Shown piece by piece: positions 39,921 through 53,558 of a DNA stretch of 64,000 nt; the first letter of the stretch is position 1; each line of letters opens with the position of its first letter. The translations under genes and the position numbers were made by a program. The stretch comes from Octopus vulgaris (Eukaryota). The notes below the pieces were generated by a model. The model was not told where the DNA came from. It made no database searches and worked only from the letters and a program-made list of their open reading frames with translations. The stretch covers positions 58,280,001-58,344,000 of the forward strand of contig OX597816.1 in NCBI GenBank assembly GCA_951406725.2, given 5' to 3'.

Positions 39921-39987
39921 CAACTCACCTATATATGCGTGTGTAGATAATGTATATCTCCAGTGACATCGTTAACATAACAATATA

Positions 39988-40158
39988 GGCGCAGGAGTGG
40001 CTGTGTGGTAAGTAGCTTGCTAACCAACCACATGGTTCCAAGTTCAGTCCCACTGCGTGGCATCTTGGGCAAGTGTCTTCTGCTATAGCCCCGGGTCGAC
40101 CAATGCCTTGTGAGTGGATTTGGTAGACGGAAACTGAAAGAAGCCTGTCGTATATATG

Positions 40159-40189
<31 letters not shown>

Positions 40190-40404
40190 TTGTGTGTCTG
40201 TGTTTGTCCCCCTAGCATTGCTTGACAACCGATGCTGGTGTGTTTACGTCCATGTCACTTAGCGGTTCGGCAAAAGACACCGATAGAATAAGTACTGGAC
40301 TTACAAAGAATAAGTCCCGGGGTCGATTTGCTCGACTAAAGGCGGTGCTCCAGTATGGCCGCAGTCAGATGACTGAAACAAGTAAAAGAGTAAAGAGTAA
40401 AGAG
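39988..40404 (+). mobile_element. SINE A, full length
   Basis: Near-identical to 17365-17786. Confidence 0.9.
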
Positions 40405-42741
40405 AATAGAGTTGTTCGTTGTAGTACCATACTATTCCACCCCCGCCACCCCCTCTCTCTCTCTCTCTCTCTCACACATACACACAGAGTAGCGCTGAAA
40501 GAAACGGTGTTTGGAAGAAGAAGAAGAACATAAATAAGAGAATAAATAAATAAATAAAAGCTGTGTGTGAACTGAAGAGAAGTGTTAAGTCAGAAATTAG
40601 GGTTAGTGTCTTTGCTTAAAGGCAAAGAGCGGAGGAGAGCGAAGAGCCATCTGTTTGATGTAGCTGGAGGAGGGGAGGGAGAGGAAGGTTCAGTGAAGTG
40701 AGTGACTACTATACCACCACTACCACTACCACGATCATCACCACCACCACCAGCATCATCACTACCATCGCCACCACCACGACTACTACTACCACCACAC
40801 CACTACTACTACCACCACCACCACCACCACCACACCACTACTACCACCACCACTGGTATCTAATATCTAGCTACAATGAACTCGATGTTCGAGGTTTCTG
40901 ATGAATCGAATTAGCTTGAGAAAGGCATGAAGGTCACAGCTTCCCTCCTCTCTGTACATTAAAGTAACTCACCTGTGTCTGAGTAAGAGTTTAAGAGTTG
41001 TATCTTATTCCAAGCAGGATATGACACTCAAATCAATAACGTCCCATTATGTGGTTGCCCAACCTGTTCGAAATAGCAGCCAAATTTCTTTCAATCCATG
41101 CACTTAAGTTATCGGAAATGAAAGCGTTTGGTCAAGTGGTTAGAGTGGTGCATCCACGCTCGCAAAGATCGTGGTTTCGAGTCCTAGACCGGGCAACGCG
41201 CTATGTTCTTGGGCAAAACACTTAATTTCACGTTGTTCAAGTCCACTGAACTATCAATGAGTAACCCTACAATGGGCTGGCGCCCCATCCAGGGGTAATG
41301 TTGTGATCTCGGTCACTTATACTTCATGGAAACCAGGGAACTGGCTGGCCCTACGAACCCTAAGACTCGAGACTGTTCTTTACATATAACTCCGATTTCT
41401 GAAAGGAACAACGAGATCGGGGTTTCGTCATTATCTATGACCCTCACTTTCTATCCCAGACTTCGATTCAGTCTAGAATCGAAAGACTGTCCGTGTGGCT
41501 GAGGACAGATTATCGTGAGAGACTGCAGGACAGTGGCATGGGAGTCGGAATCCGCTCTGGAGTGCGAAACAACTTACCTACCGAATCGATCGACCTCGAA
41601 AACGGAAAGTCCTGGAAGCTTTCGCAGCTTCTTAGTATCGGCTGACCCGAGCTTGACCGCAGTTGGCATGAAACCTCTTTCGTCACTTCGGTCTTTGAAG
41701 TTCTCGTTCGAATATTTGCTACAACCATCGAGATCTGCAGCCGCGGTGGGCTTCATCTGGGTTCAAACCCACGGTTTCGGTGCCCAGTCTTCTCTGGCTC
41801 ACCGCCACAATAAAAGGTAGAGGAAGTTCTCTCTGGCATTAGGGACCAATGTAGTGAAACCACGTGACTTAGTAGTCAGAGTATGCAGCTAACGATCGTA
41901 TGGTTGTGAGTTCGATACCCGCATATGCTCCTGTCTAGTCGATAAAAATAGGCTGTACTCGTATTTCAATGGCTCAAGCCTTGTCACGCTGAATCACCCT
42001 AAGAACTATGTTGAGGGTACGCACACGTGTCTGTGGATGTACTCAGCCACTTGTACGTTAAACTCACGATCGGTGTGTTCTATTGATCGCATCAACTGGA
42101 ACAGTCATCGTCGGGACTGAGTGCCGGTTTCGTTTCGTTTTAATTTAAATACCCATGACCTAGATGGCGTTGTTGTTTAGATTCAACAAAGCTCTGATAC
42201 AGGTGTCCTGCAATATATATATAATATATATACACACGACACACATTTATATACGGCGGGCTTCTTTCAGTTTCCGCCTGCCAAATCCACTCACAAAGCT
42301 TTGGCCTGCCAGAGGCTATAGTAGTAGAAGGCACTTGCCCAAGGTGCCACGCAGTGGGACTGAACCCAGAACCATGTGGTTGGGAAGCAAGCTTCTTACC
42401 ACACAGCCACGTCTGCGCCTATGACTAGTTTGAAAGCAAATTCGGTTGCTATTATTTCTACGATGTGCAGTGAGTGGCCGCATCGATGAGGATCCTGCGT
42501 TGGCCTGAATAAAGAGGACCCCTCGTTATCAATAACATCACCACCAACAATTAACCAGCGAGGGCGCTCTCATGTGGGTGATCGACTTGCTGGAAATGAT
42601 AACCAAATCTCCCTCAAATCATTCACTACTGCTTAAGAATATTATGAGAAAAAACTGGAATGGTGGAGCTGGGATAATTTTGTTTGTCGATCAATTTACT
42701 CAATTTAGATTGATCTGCCTAAACAACAACAACAACAACAG

Positions 42742-43135
42742 TGGAGGCGCAATGGCCCAGCGGTTAGGGCAGCGGACTCGTGGTCGGAGGATCGCGCTTT
42801 CGATTCCCAGACCTGGCGTTGTGTGTATTTATTGAGCGAAAATACCTAAAGCTCCACGAGGCTCCGGCAGGGGGTGGTGGCGACCCCTGTTGTACTCTTT
42901 CGCTCCAACTTTCTCTCACTCTTTCTTCTTGTTTCTTGTCCCCGACTTCCTACGCAACCGCTGAGCCTGGATGCGCATTCATCTATCATGTCGATGCTCT
43001 CGGTGTCGGGGGGTAAACCTGCTTTCTCTTCTGCGGGTCTTACGAATAGCAAAGGACCACGTTTCGGACTTCTCCCACTACAGAGGCGCGATCTTGCGAG
43101 CTCTGGGACGAAGACCGCTTCGCTCAACAAACAGC
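42742..43135 (+). mobile_element. GC-rich tRNA-derived SINE inserted in (AAC)n
   Basis: GGCGCAATGGCCCAGCGGTTAGGGC head and TTCGATTCCC B-box-like motif; (AAC)/(AGC) repeats on both sides. Confidence 0.7.
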
Positions 43136-44464
43136 AACAGCAATAGCATCAACGACGACGACGGCAATGATATTTTCTTTCCTCTTACGATTCCAATAGG
43201 AATGGCAAATAAACTGATGCGCGACGCTCTCCACTCCCCTAACCGCATGGAGATGAAACAGTCGAAACAGAGGAAATGTGTGGCTCTCGTAAGGCAGCAC
43301 CGATTCAACAGCTGTCGTAACTGGGTTAACAAGGACCGTTAAGGTTACGCGAAGGTCGTAAGGGTTTAGGAGGGCACACTTACAAGGTGCAGTGGTTTAG
43401 TCTGGCAGCGAGAATAAATACAACACAACACGAGCCAACAAGGTGGGACTGCTACGTGGTCGTTTAGCCTCCCAGAAATAACAGTCAAATCACCATTCGA
43501 AATACACCCTACTGCAAAGGATAAATTATATAATGTAATATTATTCTTATTGAAGTAAGATAGTCACGGTTGCAATGTCTTTGATAGTAAGTCTATTCCG
43601 TAAGGGTTGACCTAGGGCTAAAAACAAACAGAAAACAACAAGAACGACAGTAAAACCACTTGAATTGTTGTTTTTTTTTTGCTAACAACACAATAGCAAC
43701 GTTAGACGATAAACTGGTTCTCCCTCGATTGCGACGACGAGCGTTCCAGTTGATCCGATCAACGGAAATTCCAGCATTTGAAATTAACGTGCAAGTGGCT
43801 GAGCACCCCATAGATACGTGTACCCTTAATGTAGTTCTCAGGGAAATCAGTGTGACAAGGTTGGCCCTTTTTAGTTACAGCTACAACTCATTTATGCCAG
43901 CTGAGTGGATTAGAGCAATATGAAATAAAGTGTCTTGCTCAAGGACACAATGCGTAGCCAGGAATTGAACTCATGACCTTACAACCGTGAGCCAAATGCC
44001 CTAACCACTAAGCCACGCGCCTTAATCATCCAGTTGTCTAATCAACTGTACGCCCGACTCGTTAATTAACATTTTAGTGGTTGAGTATTCCGTTGATACA
44101 CTAAATTCTCAGGTAGAATCAGTGCGACGCAGTGTGTAACAAGGCTGTACATTTTGAGTAACAGGTTCAAACCCACCGGACGGTCTTGTATACACTTTCC
44201 GTTGACCTTGAATCAACTTGGAAAATGACATTTGCCCAAGACACCAGTCGTAAGGATCGAGCCAGGGACCACGTGCACCACTCAGCCATTAATAACTGCA
44301 ACATTCTCACAACCTTTCCCAACACCACAAAATCGCTACAGTAACAATAGCAACACTGGCAGTAGTATAGCAGTAACGTTAAAGACTTTAGCAACAACGA
44401 TAGCAACAGGTACAATGTAACATAAAGCGATCAGATTAGCAATAGCATCAGGTAGTGGTTTCGA

Positions 44465-44840
44465 ATTTTGGCACAAGGCCAAATTTAGGTGGAAGAGCAC
44501 TAGTCGATTACAACGACCCCAGTATTTCACTGGTACTTAAATTTATCGACCCCCGAAAGGATAAAAGGCAAAGTCGACCTCGGCAGAATTTGAACTCAGA
44601 ACGTAGCGGCAGACGAAATACCTATTTCTTTATTACCCACAAGGGGCTAAACACAGAGGGGACAAACAAGGACAGACATAGGTATTAAGTCGATTACATC
44701 TACCCCAGTGCGTAACTGGTACTTAATTTATCGACCCCGAAAGGATGAAAGGCAAAGTCGACCTCGGCAGAATTTGAACTCAGAACGTAGCGGCAGACGA
44801 AATACTGCAAAGCATTTCGTGCTAACGTTTCTGCCAGCTA
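44465..44840 (-). mobile_element. SINE B with one extra 184-bp unit
   Basis: Unit 44623-44806; the distal body ends in the standard tail (ggcacaaggcc on +). Confidence 0.85.
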
Positions 44841-45505
44841 ACCACATTAATAATAACAATAATAACAATAATAATAATAATAATAATAATAATTAGTCAG
44901 TGCACGAGCATCAATTTGAGGGTTGTTGCTTAGCCCTAGGACTCCAGTAAATCTATAATCAAAGAACGTTCCATTCTTGACCGTGCATTTAATAGTTTGA
45001 TGTCGACATGGACGAGTGGTTAAGCTATTCACTTGGCAGTCCTGAGAGTCCAGATTCGAACTCGCCACGCGATACCATTTACCATAGCTGACTGACCGGC
45101 ATCATCTGAGTGAAACGGGTCGATGAAAACCGTAAGGTAAGCTACCGGGTGGATTGTACTCGTAATTCAATAATTCAGACTTGTCACATCGATTCAACAT
45201 GAAAATTGTGTCAAAGCACACATGTTAGCGGAATATTCAACCACACACACACACGTTAATTTAATGTGTGGAGAGTTCAGTTGATAGAACAAACACGGGA
45301 ATACTCATGGTCGAAAACAGCGAAGAACCTTATTATATTTTCACTACATTAGCCATGTGTCCATTCTTTTTAAAGACAGATGAGTGTGACTGGATAAAGA
45401 TTCGGCTGCTATTTCTAGCAAATCTCGCAACCATGTAATAGGAGACAAGGAAACTAGGCTGTTGTGGTAGTCGTTCTTCGTCAATCGGCGGACAGAGTAA
45501 TAAAC

Positions 45506-46259
45506 ACACGGCGTGGCTGTGTGGTAAGAAGCTTGCTTCCCAACCACATGGTTCTGGGTTCAGTCCCACTGCGTGACACCTTGGGGTTAGTGTCTTCTAC
45601 TATAGCTTCACGCTAGAGTGGATTTGGTAGACGGAAACTGAAAGAAGCCCGTCGTGCATATATTAGTGTGTCTGTGTTTGTTCCCTCCGCTATCGCTTGA
45701 CAACCGATGTTGGTATGTTTACATCCTCGTAACATAGCGGTTCGGCATAAATGACCGATGGAATAAGTACTAGGCTTACAAAGAATAAGTCCCGGGGTCG
45801 ATTTGTTCGATTAAAGGCGGTGCTCCAGCATGACCGCAGTCAAATGACTTAAACAAGTGAAAGAATATATATTCACTTGCAAGGCCCGCAATGGGATTGA
45901 ACACGAAACCACGTGGTTGCGAAGCGAATTCCTAATTTCCTAACTACGCAACTAGGCACCACATAAAACTGATTTCAGTCGTTAAATGATTCCTGGAAAA
46001 TATTTTGGTCAATATTTTTGGTATTTGAAGAATTTAAACATGATTTGCGTTTTTTATATTTTACTTGTTTCAGGCCGTGGCCATGCTGGGGCACCAACTT
46101 GAAGCACTTTTAGTCGAATGAATCGACCCCAGTACTTATTTTTTAAGCATCGTACTTATTCTATCGGTCCCTTTTTTGCGAACCAGTAAGTTACAGGGAC
46201 GTAAACACACCAAGACCGGTTGCCAAACGGTGGTGGGTACAGACACACACACACACACA

Positions 46260-46305
<46 letters not shown>

Positions 46306-47108
46306 GATGGGCTTCTTTCAATTTACGTCTACCAAATCCGCTCACAAGGCTTTGGTCGTCTGTAGCAGAAGACATTTGTCCAAGGTACCACGCAGTGGGA
46401 CTGAACCCGGAACCATGTGGTTGGCAAGCAAACTTCTAACCACGCAGCCTTGCCATTTCAAACACCGGAATGATGATGACAGACATGTCACCACATTTCT
46501 TCGTTATATTCCCGATTAATCGAAACAAACGCAGTATTTTTCAGCAGGAATACGGTAACCAAAGGGTTCCATTACCGTACAATGCAAATAACTTCGAAAG
46601 TGGTCCGGGGCCCTCATCCCAATAACTTGAGAGATTGTTCCTGTTGTACATAGAATGGTTTATTTCCGCATTTCTTCAAACAACGATATTAAAGAACGTG
46701 TATGTGGCAATTGCACTATAGCAGGGGTGGCTGTGTGGTAAGAAGCTTGCTTCCCAACCCCATGGTTCTGGGTTCAGTCCCACTGCGCGGTACCTTGGGC
46801 AAGTGTTTTCTACTCTAGCCTCGGGCCGACCGAAGACTTGATGGTGGATTTGAAAGAAGCCCGTCGTGTATATATATATATATGTGTGTGTGTGTGTTTA
46901 ACGTTTGTGTATCTGTGTTTGTCCGCTCCCACAATCGCTTGACAACCGATGCTGGTGTATTTACGCCCCCGTAATATAGCGGTTCGACAAAAGAGAACGA
47001 TAGAATAAATACTAAGCTTACAAAGAATAAGTCATGGGGGTTGATTTGTTCGACTAAAAGGCGGTGCTCCAGCATGACTGCAGTCAAATGGCTGAAACAA
47101 GTAAAAGA

Positions 47109-47151
<43 letters not shown>

Positions 47152-47364
47152 TATCTGTGTTTGTCTCCCACCACCGCTTGACAACCGGTGTTGGTGTATT
47201 TACGTTCATGCAATTTAGCACTTCGGCCAAAGAGAACGATAGAGTAAGTACCAGGCTTAAAAAAAAAAAAAAAGAAAGAAACTACTGAGGTCGATTCATT
47301 CGACTGAAAACACTTCAAGGTAGAGCCCCAGCATAGCCGCAGTCTAATGACCGAAACAAGTAAA
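45506..47364. mobile_element. Cluster of SINE A copies: 45506-45865 (+), 46058-46450 (-), 46723-47109 (+), extra 3' half 47150-47364 (+)
   Basis: Each matches the 17365 copy. Confidence 0.85.
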
Positions 47365-47903
47365 GCGTGTAAGGTATATTAATTGAAATTCTGTTCAGGC
47401 GAAAGTGAAATTGGTAGGTAAAAGACAGCGGCGCGCTGAAGCCAGTTCTTCAGGTAGTTGACTGAACGGCCAGGCGCCAAACTGGGCCTCGCTTCTCTAT
47501 AAATGCTCATCACGCTTAAAATTCCTTTACCAACTCACTCATGCATTTAATAATGTCTTGCTTGTCCGGAATCCCTCCCTCACTGTACCTGTCTGTCTAT
47601 CTATCTATCTCTTTCTATTTATCTATCTATCTCTATCTGTCTGTCTATCTATTTGTCTAGCTATGTATCTATCTACATCTAGCTGTCTGTCTATCTATCT
47701 ACCTATCTATCTCTCTATCTGTTTCTCTGTGTATCTATCTATCTATCTCTATTTCTCTGGCTATCTATCTATCTACCTATCTATCTATCTCTCTATCTGT
47801 TTCTCTGTGTATCTATCTATCTCTATTTCTCTGGCTATCTCTCTCTCTCTATCTGTTTCTCTGGTTATCTATCTATCTATCTATCTACTATCTGTTTCTC
47901 TGT

Positions 47904-47970
<67 letters not shown>

Positions 47971-47978
47971 GCTGTCTC

Positions 47979-48021
<43 letters not shown>

Positions 48022-48050
48022 CTATCTATTTCTCTGTGTATCTATCTATC

Positions 48051-48087
<37 letters not shown>

Positions 48088-48489
48088 TTAAATAAATAAA
48101 TATATAAAGCGGCAGTTTATTAAAACGGATCTAAACTGAGCAGTTCAATCACTTATTTCTGACAGGAGTGGGTCAGTCGTTCTCATCGACTCGAGTACAT
48201 AATTAAGAGAAGGTAAAATGGAATGTTTAAAACAACGAAAGGTATAGATTTGGCCCCAAAGTGTTAAACTAGCCACACTAAACTATTTTCCGAGGAGTCA
48301 TCTTAAACAGATGCGATGAATGGAACACAGAATATGATGTTTTGATGGTCAGTTTCTTTCCTAATGCACCAGAAATGGTAAAATGTGTGGTAACATGGAC
48401 TGGAAATATCCATGGAATCTTCTACCACAGAAGCAGAGAACCAGTATAAGAAGTGGGTAATTTCGAGTCCAATAAATTGACGCCCCTAG

Positions 48490-49470
48490 TTGTCACAGTA
48501 CTTGCTAGAAATAGCAGCCAAATCTCACTTAGAACCACACCTTGCCATCTTACAAAAGGATAAACTGGATAATGCAGAAAGATCAGATATATGGCCACGG
48601 TTGGAATCTCTTCTGATCATCTCTCACTTCTTGTGAGGTTGACCTGGGGTTAAACAACGGCAGCTTTTTTTTTATGTTCTTATGGTGTCTTTTAGCTCCA
48701 GGTCAAACTTGATTGAGCATACCTGTGATCAAAAGTGCTCTAACCATGCCGTCCTGCCTCTTTTCATTCCCAGTATATTTTAAACTATATTATCCAATAA
48801 GCCCTTTCTCATTTAAAACAGTGGGGTGCGGATAAGCGGGGAATTTGACTACCATTTCTACCATGACGCTCGATACGTTCAGACTCCTTCATTGGCGCGT
48901 GCGACTAGTTTTTCATTAGTAAAGGTGGACACATTCCTGGGGTCCTGTTAAAATTGGATCTATCCCAGTTGATTGTGAAAATTATTTTGTTGATTTCAGT
49001 GGGTATTGAACACGGAACGAGGAAGTCCAAAGTTAGATGTTGCACCGTTTATGATAAGCCTCCTTTATAGAGAAAGAATCTGTTGCTCTCACGTTTATCT
49101 CAACTTCCCGCCTTTTACTTCAATTACTGATAACATGCTACATTACATGTGAAGCCAGTGGAGGAGGTCGGTCGCACGACCTGTTAGAAACAGCAGCCAA
49201 ATCCCCATGACCGTCACTACCTTAAACAGCAAAAGGACACATTAGATTACGTAGTCCTACAAAAAATTAAACGGGATGGTCACGGTTAGAATACCTTTGA
49301 CCATAGGCCTGTTCGATGAGAATTGACCTGGGTTTAAACAACTAGAAATCTCCTTCAAATCTCATTTAGTAATTAAAAATATGAACAGGACATACTGAAT
49401 AATACAAAAGAAGGAGTGGGTATGGTTGGAATGTCTTTGGTCACAGCTGACTTGGGGCTAAGCAACAGCT
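48490..49470. repeat. Cluster of an unclassified ~170-bp dispersed repeat (GAAATAGCAGCCAAATC...GACCTGGGGCTAAACAAC)
   Basis: Copies at ~48490-48660 (+), 48690-48900 (-), 49165-49345 (+) and 49380-49470 (+); also 41050, 42570, 43440, 44895 and 45350. Confidence 0.6.
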
Positions 49471-49641
49471 GTTGATAACAAGGAATTCTGAGACACAAAC
49501 CTACACATTCAGGCGGGCCCGAGGTGGAAGGGAATGAATCGATCCCAAAGTATGACTGGTAGTCTATTTTAAGGACCAGTCCTTGAAGGATGTAAGGTTA
49601 AATTTAACCTTAGCGGGATTTGGGCTCACAAAGGTTCAAGT

Positions 49642-49882
49642 CAGTGGTTCTCGCCCGGATACCATATATGGTCCTTGGAGTCCATAAAAGATTCTTTTGG
49701 AATAGATTAGATTATAATTCTACAATACACAAAATGTTTTAGCAAATTTTTAAATACAATTCCTAATGATATTCAATTCTAAAAATAAAACAGGATTTTT
49801 TAAACGTCAAATAACTATGAGGGTCCACCCTAGAGAGACAGGGATCGAAGGGGTCCATAGATAAAAAAGAAAGGCTGAGAAC
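49642..49882. mobile_element. hAT-type MITE remnant
   Basis: CAGTGGTTCTC... start and ...GGGTCCATAG...GGCTGAGAAC end. A related end lies at ~183-206. Confidence 0.5.
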
Positions 49883-50850
49883 GTAACGCAAATTACCCTG
49901 TATTTATCGATTCTACCGTCCATCCCAACCGTCATGTTCTTTCGTTTCAACCATCCTGATCACCACCGTTGATACGCACACAGGGCCACATATCGAATTC
50001 GGCCCTTGGCTGGATTTGAACACAGAAAGTGATATCACCCCTTATCTATACACCGAAGTAATTTCTCCGATGCTCGACAGTTTCTGCAAATAGTTTATTA
50101 TATAGATAGAAAGGCAATCCTTCGATATTGGTACACGATCTCATTTACACACACACACAACCTCCCCCTCATGGTGTTAGGCTGAAAAAGAGGGTCAAAG
50201 ATTTCGTTTCCTCACACTGACACTTTCTAGACCATTATCGAAGGAATACCGATACAAAGTCACACATTTTGCAAGGGGCTTGCTAGTGAAGCCCCGGAAG
50301 GAGATAAAATGCAAATTTGCCCGCGGCGGAATTTCAACGCAGAACATGAAAACGCAATGGCACGTAAAATATTAAAAATAATTGTTTCTAACGAAAGCAG
50401 ACAGAATTTTCGAGGAGTTGGGGCGGGGAAGGGTTAGGTGATTGATACACTCTCAGTTTTGAACTGGTATTTGATTTTATCGACCCCCCCACCTCCAGCA
50501 GGATGATAGGAAACGTTGAATGCTGTGGAATTTGAACTGAAAGTAAAATGCCTAAAAAATTGTTAAAGGTTGGGTCCCAAACTCAGAACATAAAGGGCCG
50601 AATGAAATACTACAAGGTATTTTTTTGACGCTAGGACGAATCTGCCAGCTCGTCACCCTTAGTGCTTCTGATTGAGGCACAGTACCGGCAATTTTGAGAG
50701 GAGCGGGGTTAGTCGGATCCATAGAACCCCAGGCTTTGACGAGTACGTTATGTTATCAACCCCGGAGGGATGAAAGGCAAAGCTGACCTCGGTGGTATTT
50801 GAACTCAGAACGTAACGGTGCGCAATAATAATATTAATAATAATAATATA

Positions 50851-51079
50851 AGGACCTTTTGGGTGGGATGGGCTACTCGATCTGAAGAAAATTCTAACTG
50901 GGCCCCACCTGCAAGGTCATGCCTTGTTTATCTTGATATGAAATCACCATGTCGCGCACATCTGGTTGTGATGCATGTGCCTGGTGTACCCTTATCAGAC
51001 GGGTAGTCATGACGGGTATACTGGGCTTCGTATGTTCTACCCCAGTGTCACTTTGACGGCATGCACTGCTCTCTCACTC
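50851..51079 (+). mobile_element. 5'-truncated copy of the (TAA)n-associated element
   Basis: Matches the last ~230 bp of 8594-9149; (AAT)n on both sides. Confidence 0.8.
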
Positions 51080-51134
<55 letters not shown>

Positions 51135-51355
51135 CTTTCTGCTGTAGGCACCAGCCCTGACCTGAAATTTTTAGGGAGGGTTGAGAGTCTATTCGATTGT
51201 ATCAACCTCAACACTCAACTGGTATTTATTTCATTCACGTCGATGGGATGAAAGGCAAAATCGACCTGCGCGGAATTTGAACTCAAAGCGTAAAAACATT
51301 TAAGTGCACAAAACTTTTATAATAACAGAATGATATAATAACAAGAATGACTTAC

Positions 51356-52519
51356 CTGGACTTTGTGTACGGATCCACGATTTTCCTTCCTTAGCAACTC
51401 GGGGAAAATACCGAGAAAAGGCCATCCTTTAGGCCCCGGAAGTTGTTTTAAGGGGTACGGAGCTGTAGAGGAATTTTTACCCGTTGTCGGTGGAGATCGT
51501 GCTTTAAGAGTAGTAGTAGTTGTAGTAGTAGTAGTAGTAGTAGTAGTAGAACCGTTGGTGATCAGTGATCGAACTGAACGATTGAGGAGCGTCGATGTTA
51601 ACCAAGCTGGTCTCCGTAACGTTGCTGTGAACATCACAGGACAACAGGATCGTCTGGTTGCTAGATCGAATCCGTTGCAGTGCTCTGATACCGTTAGAGC
51701 TCGCCCTACCCATGGTTTTGACACTGGTGTTGTTGTTGTTGTTGTTGATGATGATGATGATGATGGTGAGGAGGAGGAGAATGATGCTGTGGACAAGTGA
51801 GATGATGATGGTGATGCTGATTGTGGTGTTGCTGTTGTTGTTGATGATGATGATGATGATGATGATGAAGAATATAATAATGATGATGGTGATGATGATG
51901 GAGAAAATAATAGTGAAGATGATGGTGGTGATGATGATGATAACGATGATATTGAAGATGATGATGACGACGACGACGACGACGACGATGATGATGAAGA
52001 GAGCAAAAGTGCAGGTGATGAAGATGATAAGTTTGACGTCGTCAACGGCGATGAAGACGACGGTGATAATGTTGATAATGATGATGATGACGACGATGAT
52101 GATGTCCTACAGACTCTTGTCGTTGATGTTGCTGTTGTTGTTGTTAACGAAGCGATGCGATTATCGCCCAAACTATCATTACTAGTACGGCTATATCTGC
52201 TGCCTTCACAAACATGATTAATATTACTATTATTATTATTATTATAATTATTATTATTGTTATTATTATTATTACAATTATTACTACTACAACGTGAGGT
52301 TATAGCTGGGATATTACTATAAATATTGTTATTACTACAACAACGGCGAGCAGTAGTAGTTTTAGAAATACTACGTAAAGTAGTGGTTGTAGTAGAAATG
52401 TCGTTAGTGGCACCCGTACAGGCACCCGTTGTTGTGTGTTTAGGTAAGTGTAGCAATCGATATAGACCCCTGGGAACGTGGCCAGATACCACCCTCCGTA
52501 AAAGGGTTGACTCGGCCAT
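51356..52519 (-). CDS. First coding exon of a cytochrome P450, probably mitochondrial clan; 388 codons from ATG 52519 (alternative in-frame ATG 51634 gives 93 codons)
   Basis: Open frame ending ...APYPLKQLPGPKGWPFLGIFPELLRKENRGSVHKVQ, matching the CYP N-terminal proline-rich PGPxxxPxxG motif. A consensus phase-0 donor CAG|GTAAGT follows at 51356/51355. The N-termini are Arg/Ser/Thr-rich and acid-poor (MAESTLLRRVVSGHVPRGLYRLLH; MFTATLRRPAWLTSTLLNRSVRSL) with no hydrophobic ER anchor. The 441-aa ORF in the track starts at a TTG and reads into the intron. Confidence 0.85.
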
Positions 52520-52594
52520 ATGTTTTTGTCGGGCCGACTTGTTCCAGCCGGACACACTCTCTCTCACCTCAGGCACGCCACGCCGATATCTGGT

Positions 52595-52620
52595 CTGTGG
52601 AGGAAAAATAGGAACAACAA
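52595..52620 (-). other. Strong splice acceptor opening the CYP exon (exon would start at 52594)
   Basis: Minus strand reads ttgttgttcctatttttcctccacAG|accagat, a polypyrimidine tract plus CAG, 75 nt upstream of ATG 52519. Confidence 0.55.
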
Positions 52621-53020
52621 GCAGGCCAACCGAACACCACAAGAGGACGGTATGTATATAGCGAGCACCGGTGGTGGTGATGGTGGTGGTGGTGGTAGTG
52701 GCGGCGTCGGCGGCGGCAGTGGTGGTGAATGGAAGGCGAGGCAGAGGAAAGGAGGAATAAACTAGGATTGTGGTGGGAGGGATAGGGTTAGTGGAAGAAG
52801 AAGAAGAAGAAGAAGAAGTGGGAGAAAGAAAGAAAGCGAGAGAGAGGGGGAGGGGCGGGAGAGGAGAGAGGGGAATGGAGGAGGAGGAGGAAGAAAACAG
52901 GCGCGAGAGCGTGAGGGAGGGAGAGAGGGGGAGTAAGCGGAAACAAATTCACACACAAAAAAAACCCAGAAAAAAAACTATGTGAATAAATATGATGATG
53001 ATGATGATAATGATGATGAT

Positions 53021-53057
<37 letters not shown>

Positions 53058-53344
53058 GTAATAATAATATTTAGGGAAAAAACCTAAGGAATTGAAAGAA
53101 CGTGAGAGTTTGGGATAGGGAGAGAAGGAAAAAAAAGGTAAAGGGGTGATACAGAAAGGGTGGATGATGTGGAGAGGTGGTGGGGGAGAGTAGGGGACAG
53201 AATATAGGGGACAGGAGATTGTGCGTTAGAGATGGTGGTGGTGGTGGTGGTTTTGAGAGAGAGAGAAAGAAAGTATATAACAACTAGATAAACTATAATA
53301 AACAACAATAATAAATAATGATGATGATGATGATGATAATGATG

Positions 53345-53408
<64 letters not shown>

Positions 53409-53526
53409 TGATGATAATAAATGAGTAAGAAATGAGAGAGGGGGGCGGAATTGGTGAAGTATGAACCTTGTGTTCAGATGTATGCTATCTGTGTGTGTGT
53501 ATGTGTAAATATATGAGGTATGTGTA

Positions 53527-53558
<32 letters not shown>

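Noticed and set aside
49850-49862. Minus-strand TATGGACCC (YGP) as the start of CYP exon 2
   Set aside because: It lies in a MITE and hits a stop within 10 codons.
51658-52185. Plus-strand ORFs (poly-M, poly-V, poly-D) overlapping the CYP exon
   Set aside because: They are antisense shadows of the triplet repeats in the minus-strand exon.
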